Shown: positions 37,405 through 48,187 of the stretch, piece after piece
How the letters are laid out: the number at the start of each line of letters is the position of its first letter
How positions within the stretch are numbered: the first letter of the stretch is position 1
Assembly: GCA_965224825.1 (NCBI GenBank)
Contig: CBDDAG010000001.1
Location: 691,598-755,597 of the forward strand
Origin: Gammaproteobacteria bacterium
GTDB taxonomy: Bacteria > Pseudomonadota > Gammaproteobacteria > CAJXQU01
Length of the DNA: 64,000 bases
Direction of reading: 5' to 3'
Translations under genes and position numbers: made by a program
The notes under the pieces: model-generated
What the model was told of the DNA's origin: nothing
Seen by the model: the letters and a program-made list of their open reading frames with translations, nothing else
Database searches by the model: none

Positions 37405-38574
37405 CTATTCTTTTCCTTTGAAAATGTTAGCAACCTGGTTGTATTTCAATGATGTAATCCCATCATCAAACTTAAATCCATCACCCGAGTAGACAAGGTA
37501 GGCTTCTGCTATTTTCGGCGAAAGCTCGACAATTCTTTTTAGTCCTTTTAGCAAAGATGATTTATAGGTCGAGCTGGACTTTATTTCTATTGCCACAAGT
37601 TTTCTTCCTTGTTGATAGAGTATGTCGGCTTCATTGCCATTGCTGTCTCTGTAGAAATACAACTTCGGTAATCTACCTTTGTTGAGCTGTGTTTTTAAGC
37701 ATTCTATGATAATCAAGTTTTCGAATAGATTACCCACTAAAGGATCTCTTGATACTTGCGCAGGGGTTTCTATCCCTAATAAAAAGGAGAGTAAACCAAC
37801 ATCCATAAAATAATATTTGGGTGATTTGATCACACGCTTACCAAAATTTTCGAAATAAGGGTTTAATCTATAGATCACAAAGGAGGCTTCCAGAATTGAG
37901 AGCCAGCTTTTAATCGTTTTTGCAGAAACACCGACATCATTTGCCAACGATGTATAGTCCATTAGCTGTCCAATCCGCCCGGCCAGTAAGTTCATAAATT
38001 TTTCAAATAATGAAAAATCTTTCAGGTTGATGAGCTGCCGAACATCTCTTTCTACATATGTTTGATAATAGTTTGAATAGGCCTGAGTTGGTCGTTGGTT
38101 TTGATCATAAATGCGCGGCAGGAAGCCTTGATAAATATAATCCTGAGGTTGTTCAAATTCGATATTAGCTTCGGTTAACTCTGCAATTGAAAAGGGTAAC
38201 AAGTTAAGAATACTTGTTCTGCCAGCCAAAGACTGGGTGATGGCTTCTCGTAATTCCAGTTGGTGAGAGCCTGTGAGTACAAATTGTCCATTCGTTTGCT
38301 GCTCATCAACAATTGTCTGGATGTAACTTATTAGATCAGGAACTCGTTGAATTTCATCTAATATGACGTTTGACTTGAACTGAGCCAGAAATGCTTTTGG
38401 ATCATCAGTAGCAAACTGGCGTGTTTCGGGATTTTCAAGGTTGCTGTATTGGTAAGATGGTAATGCCATTTTTGCCAATGTCGTTTTCCCAGCTTGCCTG
38501 GGGCCTAAAAGAGTAACAACAGGATATTCATCCAGTTGTTTGTGGAATTCTGATTCTATGTGTCTTTTGATCAT
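37405..38574 (-). CDS. AAA+ ATPase with a C-terminal PD-(D/E)xK-like DUF4143 domain (COG1373 family)
   Basis: Walker A GPRQAGKTT, Walker B VILDEIQ, and a C-terminal D...EADIL...VAIEIKSS nuclease-like motif. Confidence 0.8.
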   Translation of the reverse strand: MIKRHIESEFHKQLDEYPVVTLLGPRQAGKTTLAKMALPSYQYSNLENPETRQFATDDPKAFLAQFKSNVILDEIQRVPDLISYIQTIVDEQQTNGQFVLTGSHQLELREAITQSLAGRTSILNLLPFSIAELTEANIEFEQPQDYIYQGFLPRIYDQNQRPTQAYSNYYQTYVERDVRQLINLKDFSLFEKFMNLLAGRIGQLMDYTSLANDVGVSAKTIKSWLSILEASFVIYRLNPYFENFGKRVIKSPKYYFMDVGLLSFLLGIETPAQVSRDPLVGNLFENLIIIECLKTQLNKGRLPKLYFYRDSNGNEADILYQQGRKLVAIEIKSSSTYKSSLLKGLKRIVELSPKIAEAYLVYSGDGFKFDDGITSLKYNQVANIFKGKE

Positions 38575-38655
38575 ATAAAGCAGTTTAAATTATGTTATAT
38601 GGCATATCAAGTATGATATTGCATAACTATGACCAGGTGGGAGGAAGGAAAATTA

Positions 38656-39030
38656 CTATTTAATACCAGTACTTTCTTCGTAATATACAATCAAGATCAA
38701 AACAAGAATAGGAATATTCTTAGTTAACGGACCAAAAGGATGTAGCCAGAACTCAGGACTAATGATTGTCAGAATTATCGTGTAGGAAATAATAATGATG
38801 ATCTGGATCAAGCAACAGGTTTTGATCCATCTTGAAGAGAGTAGCCAGATCCCCAAAATAATATCTGCGAGGGTTCCTACGATGATCAATCCCGTTGACA
38901 TGTTTCCAGTAATGTCTGCCTTCGCTAGGATTTCGTAACCCAGTTCGGGCGCAAGAAATAATGATGTGATCCCTGTGAAGATCCATAGGCCGGATAATGC
39001 TAATTTGGCCAGTAAAATAAAATTATTCAT
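38656..39030 (-). CDS. small 4-TM membrane protein (DoxX-like?)
   Basis: 124 aa, hydrophobic, overlapping the upstream DUF2269 gene's stop. Confidence 0.4.
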   Translation of the reverse strand: MNNFILLAKLALSGLWIFTGITSLFLAPELGYEILAKADITGNMSTGLIIVGTLADIILGIWLLSSRWIKTCCLIQIIIIISYTIILTIISPEFWLHPFGPLTKNIPILVLILIVYYEESTGIK

Positions 39031-39500
39031 ACGACCGGGAAAGGTTTGAAAACCATCAGCCAGAATATGATCAGGATGGCGGTGAATGCGGGAATGCCTA
39101 GCAGTGTCCAGATACGCATGAGCCTTTTGAATTCAGGACTGACTTCATTGTTATCGACAGAATCCTTTGCTAGATCACGCAAGCGATATTGGATGCGAAC
39201 GACGGGTAGCCAGCAAATTCCGATCAGAATAAACAGACCGATCACCCAAATAAACCATTCGGATGAAAATGAATAGTTGAGTTTTTTCATCAGCATGATT
39301 CCGGTGATCAGTTGTGTGAGAACAGCGGGTGCAGTGAAAATCCAATCTGCGAGGACAACATGTTTTGTTGTTGTATAAATCGCCTGCGGGTTGTTTGATC
39401 GGTTGGCCATAAACATGAAGAAAGCGATGCCTGCTCCTGTGCCTGTGATCACGACGGCTGATAAGATGTGGATCAGCTTTAGCAGAAGATAACTGTCCAT
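39027..39500 (-). CDS. DUF2269-family integral membrane protein
   Basis: N-terminal LKLIHILSAVVITG and 4 TM helices. Translationally coupled to its neighbours. Confidence 0.5.
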   Translation of the reverse strand: MDSYLLLKLIHILSAVVITGTGAGIAFFMFMANRSNNPQAIYTTTKHVVLADWIFTAPAVLTQLITGIMLMKKLNYSFSSEWFIWVIGLFILIGICWLPVVRIQYRLRDLAKDSVDNNEVSPEFKRLMRIWTLLGIPAFTAILIIFWLMVFKPFPVV

Positions 39501-40642
39501 TACCAGGTCTTGATCTCATGTTTAATCGTGAGTCCAAACTTTTCAGCATAGGGTTCGAATTCTTTCAGAGTATAAAAAACCTGGCATGGGAAGGCTCCTG
39601 TCGTTTCCATATCACTTCCCAATTCTCCGGAGAGTAGCTTTTTTGTAATGATGATCGTTGAGAGGGTCGGAATGTATGGGCCAACGCCATTCGGCGCATA
39701 AAGTGTCCATTTTATTTTGTTCCTTTTACCATCGTAATCAATGCCAGATATTTTCACCTGCATACAGCCAACATCTGTTCCGAAGGGTGAAAATAGATCG
39801 CTGGTTTTCACGATTAGTTTTGTTAGTGGAGACCAATTCTTTACCAGTTTAATCTTGGCAAGAAAAGCCATCGTAACCATGCTCAGATGCAAAACAGGTA
39901 ACTCTAATCCTGCCTGGAATCGAACTGATCGCTTAACTGCGTATCGTTCAGGAAATAGTTCCAGATCAGGCAGGTCAACATTGGCTAACCAACGCTTCCC
40001 GACAATGCCTCCAAAGTCCACCTTACGGGCGTCCATCCAGCCGTAGATTTTTTGCCATTGACCATCATAAAACACAGAGAAAGGATGGCCGGTATAAGAA
40101 AGAATTCCTCGAACGGTTGCCGCGCCTCTTTCGGCTTTGTTTCCGGGAACGATGGCAATGTCGATATCCTCTATTCTATTCAGGTAATAATGATAATAAT
40201 CAACAACGGTTGAAGATAAGCCAGGAACAGAACTCGCACCACTGACGATCAGTACATTATTTTTACGAGCAAGATCATCCAGTTTATTAATATCACAAAC
40301 AAAGCGACGATCATCGGCCAGATCAACATAGTGCGCACCAACTTTGATGCAGGCTTCTGGCACGCGATAGTTCTGACCCTGAAAAGGTCCGCTGGTGTGG
40401 ATGACAATATCTGGTGAAAGATCTTTTAAACGCGACTCTAGATCAGGTTTGTTAATGTCTATTTCAATCGCTTTGAGATCGGCTTGTGATCCCTTTTTTA
40501 ATTGTTCGATGAGCTGTTCAGCTTTATTTTTATTTCGTCCCGCGATCAATAAGATCGTATCTGGAAGATCAAGCAAGTTTTCAACTATACGTTTTCCGAA
40601 GTTGCCATAGCCGCCGAGGATTAAAATTGTTTTTTTTGACAT
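39500..40642 (-). CDS. saccharopine dehydrogenase-like NAD(P)-binding oxidoreductase
   Basis: N-terminal ILILGGYGNFGKRI Rossmann motif, 380 aa. Confidence 0.75.
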   Translation of the reverse strand: MSKKTILILGGYGNFGKRIVENLLDLPDTILLIAGRNKNKAEQLIEQLKKGSQADLKAIEIDINKPDLESRLKDLSPDIVIHTSGPFQGQNYRVPEACIKVGAHYVDLADDRRFVCDINKLDDLARKNNVLIVSGASSVPGLSSTVVDYYHYYLNRIEDIDIAIVPGNKAERGAATVRGILSYTGHPFSVFYDGQWQKIYGWMDARKVDFGGIVGKRWLANVDLPDLELFPERYAVKRSVRFQAGLELPVLHLSMVTMAFLAKIKLVKNWSPLTKLIVKTSDLFSPFGTDVGCMQVKISGIDYDGKRNKIKWTLYAPNGVGPYIPTLSTIIITKKLLSGELGSDMETTGAFPCQVFYTLKEFEPYAEKFGLTIKHEIKTW

Positions 40643-40647
40643 TCAAA

Positions 40648-40974
40648 TTACCAGCGATACTTTCCAAACTTTTCTGGGTTTGCCCAATATCGATTGTTCA
40701 ACCAGTCGGGTACTTTTTTATAGTTATCTCGTGCAAAGTACCAGGCATGAAATGTTTCATTCTGCTGTTCAGTTTCTGCAATTTGTCGCAACCCTAGTCC
40801 GATCAAGTCGGTTGTTTTCCATTCTGAATTGTTTGAAAGGATCAGTAATACTTCTCTGGCATGAATATCTCTTACTTGAGCGATCACATGTTCAGCTTTT
40901 TCATGATCCAGTGTTTCGAGCAAATCTTTGATCAAAACAAAATCAAACATGTTGTGTTCTGATAACTGATCCAA
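40648..40974 (-). CDS. hypothetical protein (108 aa)
   Basis: First gene of a 4-gene minus-strand operon. I recognise no family. Confidence 0.3.
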   Translation of the reverse strand: MDQLSEHNMFDFVLIKDLLETLDHEKAEHVIAQVRDIHAREVLLILSNNSEWKTTDLIGLGLRQIAETEQQNETFHAWYFARDNYKKVPDWLNNRYWANPEKFGKYRW

Positions 40975-41101
40975 AGTTTTTTCTGAAAGATGAATTGGAT
41001 CTTTGTTTACCAGAACACCTGATCAATATTCTCTCCAAGTACCAGAATTGACTTTGATCCATCAGAAAGTTTTTTGATCAGATCACTAAGCTGATCCGAC
41101 A

Positions 41102-42559
41102 TTAAAACCTTTCCAGATCTGGAAATGGAGTCTCACCATGATGAACATGCATTGCACCAAGTTCAGCGCAACGTTGCAATGTGGGAACGGCTTTGCCGGG
41201 GTTTAATAAACCATCTGGATCAAAAGCTGCTTTGACTGCATGAAATTGTTCAAGTTCAGGGGCGCTAAACTGTACGCACATGGGTTTTAATTTTTCCGTG
41301 CCGACTCCGTGTTCACCGGTTACGGTTCCACCGACTTCGACGCAGTGTTCGAGAATTTCTGTGCCGACTGCTTCGGCGTGATCCAGATCTCCTTCTTTGT
41401 TGGCATCATAAAGAATTAATGGATGAAGGTTTCCATCACCGGCATGAAAAACATTAGCGACCAGTAATCCATGATCAGTGGCGATGTCATTGATCCTTTG
41501 TAAAACAGAGGCCAGATGTTTGCGTGGGATCGTGCCATCTACACAATAATAATCCGGTGCGAGGCGACCAACGGCCGGAAATGATGCTTTGCGACCAGCC
41601 CAGAATTTTTGTCGTTCGGCGTCATCTTTTGCCACGCGTGAATCTATTGCCCCGTTGTTCATCATGATCGCGGTCACACGTTCGATCTGCGTTTCAACTT
41701 CCTCACGAGTTCCGTCTAGTTCACACAGCAAGATCGCTTCCGCGTTAGAGGGATAACCTGCATGGATAAAATCCTCTGCGGCTTTGATCGTTAGCTTATC
41801 CATCATTTCAAGTCCGGCTGGAATAATCCCTTCAGCAATTATTGCTGCGACTGCGTTACCCGCATTTTTGACATCATCGAAAGAAGTCAGGATCACTTGA
41901 ACCGTTTTTGGGATAGGTAATAATTTTACCGTGACGGCGACGATGACTCCGAGCAAACCTTCTGATCCTGTTGCTAATGCCAATAGGTCAAATCCCGGTG
42001 TGTCCAACGTATCGCCTCCGATCTCCAGAAATTCTCCTTCCATACTCAACATCGTGATCGATTGAATATTGTGTACTGTCAGACCGTATTTCAGACAATG
42101 CACACCACCGGAATTTTCCGCGACGTTGCCTCCGATCGTGCAGGCGATCTGTGAGGAAGGATCGGGCGCATAAAAAAGGCCGTGTTCTGCAACCGTTTCT
42201 GAGATCACAATATTTCGTACACCAGGTTCAACTTTTGCTGTGCGGTTGATCGGATCAACTTCAAGAATTCGTGTGAATTTAGCCAAGCTTAATAGTGCCG
42301 CATCCGGATTCGGACGAGCGCCGCCAGACAGTCCTGTTCCTGCTCCACGCGCAACGACTGGAACTTCGTGTTTATGACAAAGTCTCAGAAGCGCTTGAAC
42401 TTGATCAACGTTTTCGGGCATTAATACGACCAGAGGCAAGCTACGGTGTGCAGACAGCGCATCGCACTCATAAGGACGCTGGGATTCAGCATCTGTGATC
42501 ACTGATTCATGCGGCAAAATCTGACGACAGCTTGCTAAAAAGCTTTCTTTATTTTCCAT
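41102..42559 (-). CDS. FAD-linked oxidase (GlcD / D-lactate dehydrogenase family)
   Basis: FAD-binding PCMH domain (VVARGAGTGLSGGA) and a C-terminal oxidase domain. Start placed at MENKESF (42559). Confidence 0.8.
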   Translation of the reverse strand: MENKESFLASCRQILPHESVITDAESQRPYECDALSAHRSLPLVVLMPENVDQVQALLRLCHKHEVPVVARGAGTGLSGGARPNPDAALLSLAKFTRILEVDPINRTAKVEPGVRNIVISETVAEHGLFYAPDPSSQIACTIGGNVAENSGGVHCLKYGLTVHNIQSITMLSMEGEFLEIGGDTLDTPGFDLLALATGSEGLLGVIVAVTVKLLPIPKTVQVILTSFDDVKNAGNAVAAIIAEGIIPAGLEMMDKLTIKAAEDFIHAGYPSNAEAILLCELDGTREEVETQIERVTAIMMNNGAIDSRVAKDDAERQKFWAGRKASFPAVGRLAPDYYCVDGTIPRKHLASVLQRINDIATDHGLLVANVFHAGDGNLHPLILYDANKEGDLDHAEAVGTEILEHCVEVGGTVTGEHGVGTEKLKPMCVQFSAPELEQFHAVKAAFDPDGLLNPGKAVPTLQRCAELGAMHVHHGETPFPDLERF

Positions 42560-42642
42560 ATTTGATCCGGTACTCACTATTCTTGCCGATTTATGGCGTA
42601 TTAAAGTAGCAACAAACACCCTTTACAGGCAAAATTACACCC

Positions 42643-44163
42643 ATGAGCGAAGAAATTCTAGTTAATGTTACACCACAGGAAACTCGTGTGGCCGTTGTTG
42701 AAAATGGCGTGCTGCAGGAAATTATTGTTGAGCGCACTGCCAAACGCGGTCTGGTTGGAAATATCTACATGGGTACTGTTTCCCGCGTGTTACCCGGGAT
42801 GCAGGCTGCTTTCATTGAGATCGGTATAGATCGCACGGCTTTTCTGCATGTGTTCGATATGGTTGGTCACAAAAATGGCCGTTCTAAAACCGATGAAGAA
42901 TCTCCAGAACCAGAAGTTGCGATCGAACAAATTCTGAGGGAAGGCCAGAAAGTTTTGGTGCAGGTGACCAAAGATCCTCTTGGGAGTAAAGGTGCTCGGC
43001 TGACAACGCATTTGAGCATTCCTTCCCGTTATCTTGTGATGATTCCGGACGAGTCGACGGTTGGTGTTTCTCAGCGTATTGAAGACAGCGGTGAAAGAGA
43101 ACGTTTGAGGGCTTTAATTCTTTCTTGCAAGCAGTCGATCGATGAAGCTGAAGCATCTGGGGAAGAGGATAAAAAAGCAGAAACTTATGGATTTATTTTA
43201 CGAACGGCAGCCGAGGGGATCTCCGATAAACAATTATTGGATGACATGAAGTTTCTGAAGCATTTGTGGCGATCGATAAAAGAAAAATCCACGAGTGTTA
43301 GCGCTGCCCCCAGTATTGTTTATGAAGATCTACCAATGTTATTACGAATGGTGCGATCATTGGATGATACGACCATAGAAAAAATTCGTATTGATTCAAA
43401 AGAAACTTATGATAATGCGGTTTTATTTACTGAGGAGTTTGTGCCTGATCTAATTCCGAAGCTGGAGCACTATCCGGGCGAGCGTCCGATCATGGATCTT
43501 TATGCGGTCGAGGATGAAATTCAGAAAGCACTGGAACGCAAAGTGAATCTCAAATCTGGTGGCCATCTGGTGCTTGATCAAACTGAGGCGATGACGACGA
43601 TCGATGTCAACACAGGTACTTTTGTTGGACATCGCAATTTGGAAGAAACAATCTTTAAGACAAATCTGGAGGCTGCTCAGGCACTGTCCAGACAATTACG
43701 ATTACGTAATCTTGGCGGGATTATTATTGTCGATTTTATTGATATGACTGATCCCGAACACCAGCGTCAGGTTCTTCGTGCACTGGAAAAAAGTCTGTCC
43801 CACGATCACTCGAAAGTTGCGATCAGTGAGATCACATCTTTGGGTCTGGTTCAGATCACACGAAAAAGAACTCGCGAAAGTTTGGAACATATCCTGTGTG
43901 AACCTTGTCCAATATGTAAGGGCAGTGGTTCGATCAAAACGGTCGAAACAACTTGCTATGAAATTTTTAGAGAGATCCTACGTGAAGCCAGACAATTTGA
44001 AGCACGAAAATTATTGGTCGTGGCCTCTCAGGCTGTGGTGGATATGTTGCTGGATGAGGAATCAATCGGCGTGGCTGAGCTGGAAGAGTTCATTAAGATC
44101 CCGATCACTTTCCAGGCTGAACCTATGTATGGTCAGGAACAATATGATGTGGTGTTGTTGTAG
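42643..44163 (+). CDS. rng: ribonuclease G (RNase E/G family)
   Basis: MSEEILVNVTPQETRVAVVENGVLQEI with an S1 domain, DNase I-like motifs, and a Zn-link CPxCxGxG. Confidence 0.9.
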   Translation: MSEEILVNVTPQETRVAVVENGVLQEIIVERTAKRGLVGNIYMGTVSRVLPGMQAAFIEIGIDRTAFLHVFDMVGHKNGRSKTDEESPEPEVAIEQILREGQKVLVQVTKDPLGSKGARLTTHLSIPSRYLVMIPDESTVGVSQRIEDSGERERLRALILSCKQSIDEAEASGEEDKKAETYGFILRTAAEGISDKQLLDDMKFLKHLWRSIKEKSTSVSAAPSIVYEDLPMLLRMVRSLDDTTIEKIRIDSKETYDNAVLFTEEFVPDLIPKLEHYPGERPIMDLYAVEDEIQKALERKVNLKSGGHLVLDQTEAMTTIDVNTGTFVGHRNLEETIFKTNLEAAQALSRQLRLRNLGGIIIVDFIDMTDPEHQRQVLRALEKSLSHDHSKVAISEITSLGLVQITRKRTRESLEHILCEPCPICKGSGSIKTVETTCYEIFREILREARQFEARKLLVVASQAVVDMLLDEESIGVAELEEFIKIPITFQAEPMYGQEQYDVVLL

Positions 44164-44196
44164 ATTACCGGAACTAAAAAAGGACTTTATAAATTA

Positions 44197-47100
44197 ATGC
44201 ATAAACGCATCTCACGCGCTGTCATCCATTTCAGCTGGTTCTTACTGGTTTCCACGATTGTTATTACAACCTTGTTGGTTAGCCTGATCTGGTTGACCAG
44301 TTCAAGCATTGATGACCTTCGACCCAACATTCTTGAGTGGGTTCATACGACGACAGGACAACCCATAGAAGTCGATAATCTGGCTATCGAATGGCGTGGC
44401 ATTATCCCGCATTTAAAACTTTCCGATATCGAAGTGCTTGATCGGAATACTCATGAGAGTCTTACTCACCTGGATCAAGCCAGCCTCAGTGTTGACCTCT
44501 ATCACTCTCTGGTGAACTGGAAAGCAACCATTGGTCACCTGGAACTCTCAGGGCTGAATGTTGAACTTGTGCACAAGAAAGATGGCACGATTTCTTTGCT
44601 TGGTTTAACGGAACAGGCTTCCAGCGGTGATGAATTTACTCAGTGGTTATTAGAGCAACCTCATCTAAAAATAAGTGATTCACAGATAGTCTGGCACGAG
44701 CAGGAACGACAGATTAAGCCGATCAAATTATCTGATGTTGATCTGGAGCTGACAAATCAATCATTAGCGAACACACATCAACTCTCTGGTTCAACCAGCC
44801 TTGCTAACAATGCGGGCAGTATTGAGTTTCAACTTAATGTGACGGGTGACCCGCTGAGCCAAGACTGGGATGCTGATCTGGATCTAACGACAGAGGAGTT
44901 TAAGTTTTCCAATTATTTGCCTGCAGATATAAATGAAAAAATTCAGGCTTCTTTACAGATCAATACAATCTCAATTGATCATTCCAGTTTGAATTCCACA
45001 ACACACATTAACTGGAAAAAGGCAGAGATCTCCGATGTTGATGGTGAATTCTTTCTTAAAAGTACGACCCCGATTTATTCTATTAGTGGTAAATTTACCG
45101 CAGAGAAAACACCGGCTAAAAATTGGTTGTTGACTGCCCCAGATTTAACCATCGCTGCTCAGGATCACCAATGGCAACCGTTCTCGCTAGGACTCCTGAT
45201 CCCTGAAAATTTTTCACAAGACAATCCATCAATAGATGTAGCGATCAACAATCTTAACGTTGAAGATTTGATCACTCTGGTACCGGAGTCGATCAAAAAA
45301 AGTGTGATCAATTTTCAGCCTCGTGGAGAATTGAATGATCTACGAATCCAATACGATCAAAAAAATAGTCAAAGGCCATTAATTTTTGACGGTGAGTTTT
45401 CTGATCTTGAAACATTAGCTTATGAAAAGATTCCGGGCTTTAAAAATCTTTCCGGAAAATTTCAAAGCAACATGGAAGCATTATTGATAGATTTTAATAG
45501 CCACAATCTTATTGTGAATAACCTTTCTGAATCTGGCGAATTAGATCCTCCTATTAAACTCGACAGCCTTATTGGAGAGATCAACTGGAGAAGGCTTGAT
45601 CAAGGTTGGGTTGTTTCGACACCACAGCTCACGATATCAAATCCTGATATTGAATTTCAGCTCACAGGCATTTTAAAAAATGACACGATTAACTCCCCTC
45701 ATCTTGAGGTGCAAGGAACTTTTTTTCGAGGAAATATAGAACCGGTTGTTAAACATATCCCCTCTAACTTAATCCATCATAAAGTAAAAGAATGGCTTGA
45801 TAGTGCGTTAATTGGAGGCCGCGTTACAGGTGGTAACCTATCCTTTCAAGGGGCATTGGATAAGTTTCCTTTTGATAAAAATAGTCAGCAAGAAATTTTT
45901 GAAATTCGTTTGAATGCAGAAGATGGCATTGTGGATTATTTTGAAGGCTGGCCATTAGTTGAAGAAATTACTGCTGAAGTTATTTTTAATAGTCATGAGA
46001 TTATCGTCACGTCACCCAGCGCAAAAATAAATGGTGCTGATGTGTCAAATGTAACTGTCAAAATACCTGAGCTTGTTACTCAAAAGCATCATCTGGTGAT
46101 CACAGGAAATGCTAAAGGCGATATGAAGCAAGGCTTGCAATATATTAATAATAGCCCTCTAAAGTCTTCGGTTGGAAAACAACTTGATCATCTTAAAATA
46201 AGTGGCAATCTGAATCTTGATCTGGATATCGACATACCTCTGTCAAATCCAGACAGAACAAAAATACAGGGCAAAGTACATTTAAGAAAAAATACTTTGT
46301 TGCTTGAATCATTGGATATCAACATAAAATCGCTGGCTGGAGATTTTATATTTGATCAAGATAGATGGCAGGCAAAAGATCTGAAGGCCAGGCTTTATGA
46401 GAGTGCGATCAACATTAATCTTGATATTAATAAAAGCAAAAACAAGCCCAAATCTGATGTAAGGATTACAGGTCTTGCAGACAAAAATTATATTACAAAT
46501 AGAATGATTCAGTTGGGCATGAAGCGTGAGAATTTGAAGGTGCTTGATTCGATCAGTGGTACTACTCACTGGATGGCTCAACTCTCTCTGCCCCCAGGCA
46601 TTGGCGATCCTGATGGAGAAACTGGATTGGTGATCACTTCCATGCTGAAAGGTTTAAATGTTCGTGCACCGGCCCCCCAAGGAAAACTTTCTAGTGAAGA
46701 AAGGGCTTTAAAAATATCGACAACTTTATCTAAAAAATTAGATCGTCAGGTTAGTTTTGAGTACGGCAATATTAAGGGGGAAATTAAACTCGAGGCTGAG
46801 AATGAAAAAACCAGTTTGAAAAATATTGTTTTCCATTTTGGTAATGGTCAGTTGTCAAATACAAAAAATAACAAGCACCTGATCACAGCCAATGGAAATA
46901 TAAAAAATCTGGATCTTTCTGCATGGATAGCATTTTTCGATAAACACTTCGGCCGTAATAATAAGCAATCAGAACCTGATGAAAACTTTTTGAAATTCGA
47001 TCTCACTATTGGTCACTTGAAAGCTTTTGGACAAAGCTTCAAGAAAAGTCATGTGCTGGGTAGAAGCAGTAAGAATACATGGGAACTTCAGGTTGAGGAT

Positions 47101-48078
47101 CATGACAATAGTGGCATGATCAGTATTCCGTATCAGCTGTCCGGGCAAGCTGTGAAAGCTGATTTTGAGCGGCTAAGAATTGTCTCTTCTGATCATGAAG
47201 AAGACAGCGAATTTATTCAGCCAAAAAAAATTCCCGAAGTAATGCTGACAAGCCAGCAGTTTAAATATAATGATCTGCAACTTGGATCATTGCAGTTGCA
47301 TACCAAACCTAAGGAAAATGGTCTAAGTGTTGAAAAACTGGTTTTATCCGTACCGGCGGTCAATATTGATGTTAAAGGTGATTGGACAGGCTATAAAACA
47401 CAGCAATCGAAATTTAACATCCTGGCAAATGGACAGGCACTGAGCCCGATGCTGGGACAATTTGGTTTTGATTCCAGTGGAATAGAAGGTGGAGAAACAA
47501 GTATCGTAATTGATGCTGCGTGGCAAGGTTCGCCTGCTGATTTTGAGCTTGCAAAATTAAAAGGAAGTTTGAGTCTTGATGTCGGAAATGGACGATTTAC
47601 TGAAATAAAAAACAGAGTGGGGAAAGTTTTTGGCTTGCTGAGTATTCAATCATTAGGCAGACGACTCTCTCTGGATTTTAATGATCTGTTCAAAGAAGGA
47701 TTTACCTTCGATAAAATCTCTGCCACTTTTGATATCGAGAGTGGTAATGCTTATACAAACAATCTGAATATCTTTGGGACATCTGCCAAGATTGATATCA
47801 CTGGTCGGGTAGGACTTTCAGATCAGGATTATGATCAACTAATAACCGTTACACCTTCTGTAGCTGATAGCTTGCCTGTTGCTAGTGTCTTGTTCGGCCC
47901 GATCGGTGCCGGTGTAGGTGCTGCGATTTATATTGCAGAAAAAGTATTACCGGTATTACCGGAAGCTATTGATAAGGTTCTTGAAAGACAATACACCTTA
48001 AAAGGGCGTTGGGAAGAACCTGTCGTTGAACCGCTTGTCGTGGCTAAAAAAGAACAGAGTGGAAAGGTTTTTCAGTAG
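44197..48078 (+). CDS. yhdP: YhdP family AsmA-like envelope protein (DUF3971)
   Basis: 1293 aa with an N-terminal TM anchor, located immediately downstream of rng as in Enterobacteria. Confidence 0.85.
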   Translation: MHKRISRAVIHFSWFLLVSTIVITTLLVSLIWLTSSSIDDLRPNILEWVHTTTGQPIEVDNLAIEWRGIIPHLKLSDIEVLDRNTHESLTHLDQASLSVDLYHSLVNWKATIGHLELSGLNVELVHKKDGTISLLGLTEQASSGDEFTQWLLEQPHLKISDSQIVWHEQERQIKPIKLSDVDLELTNQSLANTHQLSGSTSLANNAGSIEFQLNVTGDPLSQDWDADLDLTTEEFKFSNYLPADINEKIQASLQINTISIDHSSLNSTTHINWKKAEISDVDGEFFLKSTTPIYSISGKFTAEKTPAKNWLLTAPDLTIAAQDHQWQPFSLGLLIPENFSQDNPSIDVAINNLNVEDLITLVPESIKKSVINFQPRGELNDLRIQYDQKNSQRPLIFDGEFSDLETLAYEKIPGFKNLSGKFQSNMEALLIDFNSHNLIVNNLSESGELDPPIKLDSLIGEINWRRLDQGWVVSTPQLTISNPDIEFQLTGILKNDTINSPHLEVQGTFFRGNIEPVVKHIPSNLIHHKVKEWLDSALIGGRVTGGNLSFQGALDKFPFDKNSQQEIFEIRLNAEDGIVDYFEGWPLVEEITAEVIFNSHEIIVTSPSAKINGADVSNVTVKIPELVTQKHHLVITGNAKGDMKQGLQYINNSPLKSSVGKQLDHLKISGNLNLDLDIDIPLSNPDRTKIQGKVHLRKNTLLLESLDINIKSLAGDFIFDQDRWQAKDLKARLYESAININLDINKSKNKPKSDVRITGLADKNYITNRMIQLGMKRENLKVLDSISGTTHWMAQLSLPPGIGDPDGETGLVITSMLKGLNVRAPAPQGKLSSEERALKISTTLSKKLDRQVSFEYGNIKGEIKLEAENEKTSLKNIVFHFGNGQLSNTKNNKHLITANGNIKNLDLSAWIAFFDKHFGRNNKQSEPDENFLKFDLTIGHLKAFGQSFKKSHVLGRSSKNTWELQVEDHDNSGMISIPYQLSGQAVKADFERLRIVSSDHEEDSEFIQPKKIPEVMLTSQQFKYNDLQLGSLQLHTKPKENGLSVEKLVLSVPAVNIDVKGDWTGYKTQQSKFNILANGQALSPMLGQFGFDSSGIEGGETSIVIDAAWQGSPADFELAKLKGSLSLDVGNGRFTEIKNRVGKVFGLLSIQSLGRRLSLDFNDLFKEGFTFDKISATFDIESGNAYTNNLNIFGTSAKIDITGRVGLSDQDYDQLITVTPSVADSLPVASVLFGPIGAGVGAAIYIAEKVLPVLPEAIDKVLERQYTLKGRWEEPVVEPLVVAKKEQSGKVFQ

Positions 48079-48135
48079 ATAGAGTTTAGTCAGATTTCTT
48101 TGATCTTTCTTATGCAATGGAACGACTCAATAAAT

Positions 48136-48165
48136 AAAAAAGCCTCATCGAAATGAGGCTTTTTG
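48136..48165. terminator. bidirectional rho-independent terminator
   Basis: agcctcat-cgaa-atgaggct stem flanked by A5 and T4. Confidence 0.5.
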
Positions 48166-48187
48166 GTAATATAGGTTATTGGATCAG

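Noticed and set aside
37200-37433. 77-aa minus-strand ORF bridging the cupin and ATPase genes
   Set aside because: It overlaps the cupin start and the ATPase 3' end and has no RBS or family resemblance. It is likely spurious. The 174-bp gap is better explained as a terminator/promoter region (hairpin tcgcttttaaagcga at ~37273-37287).
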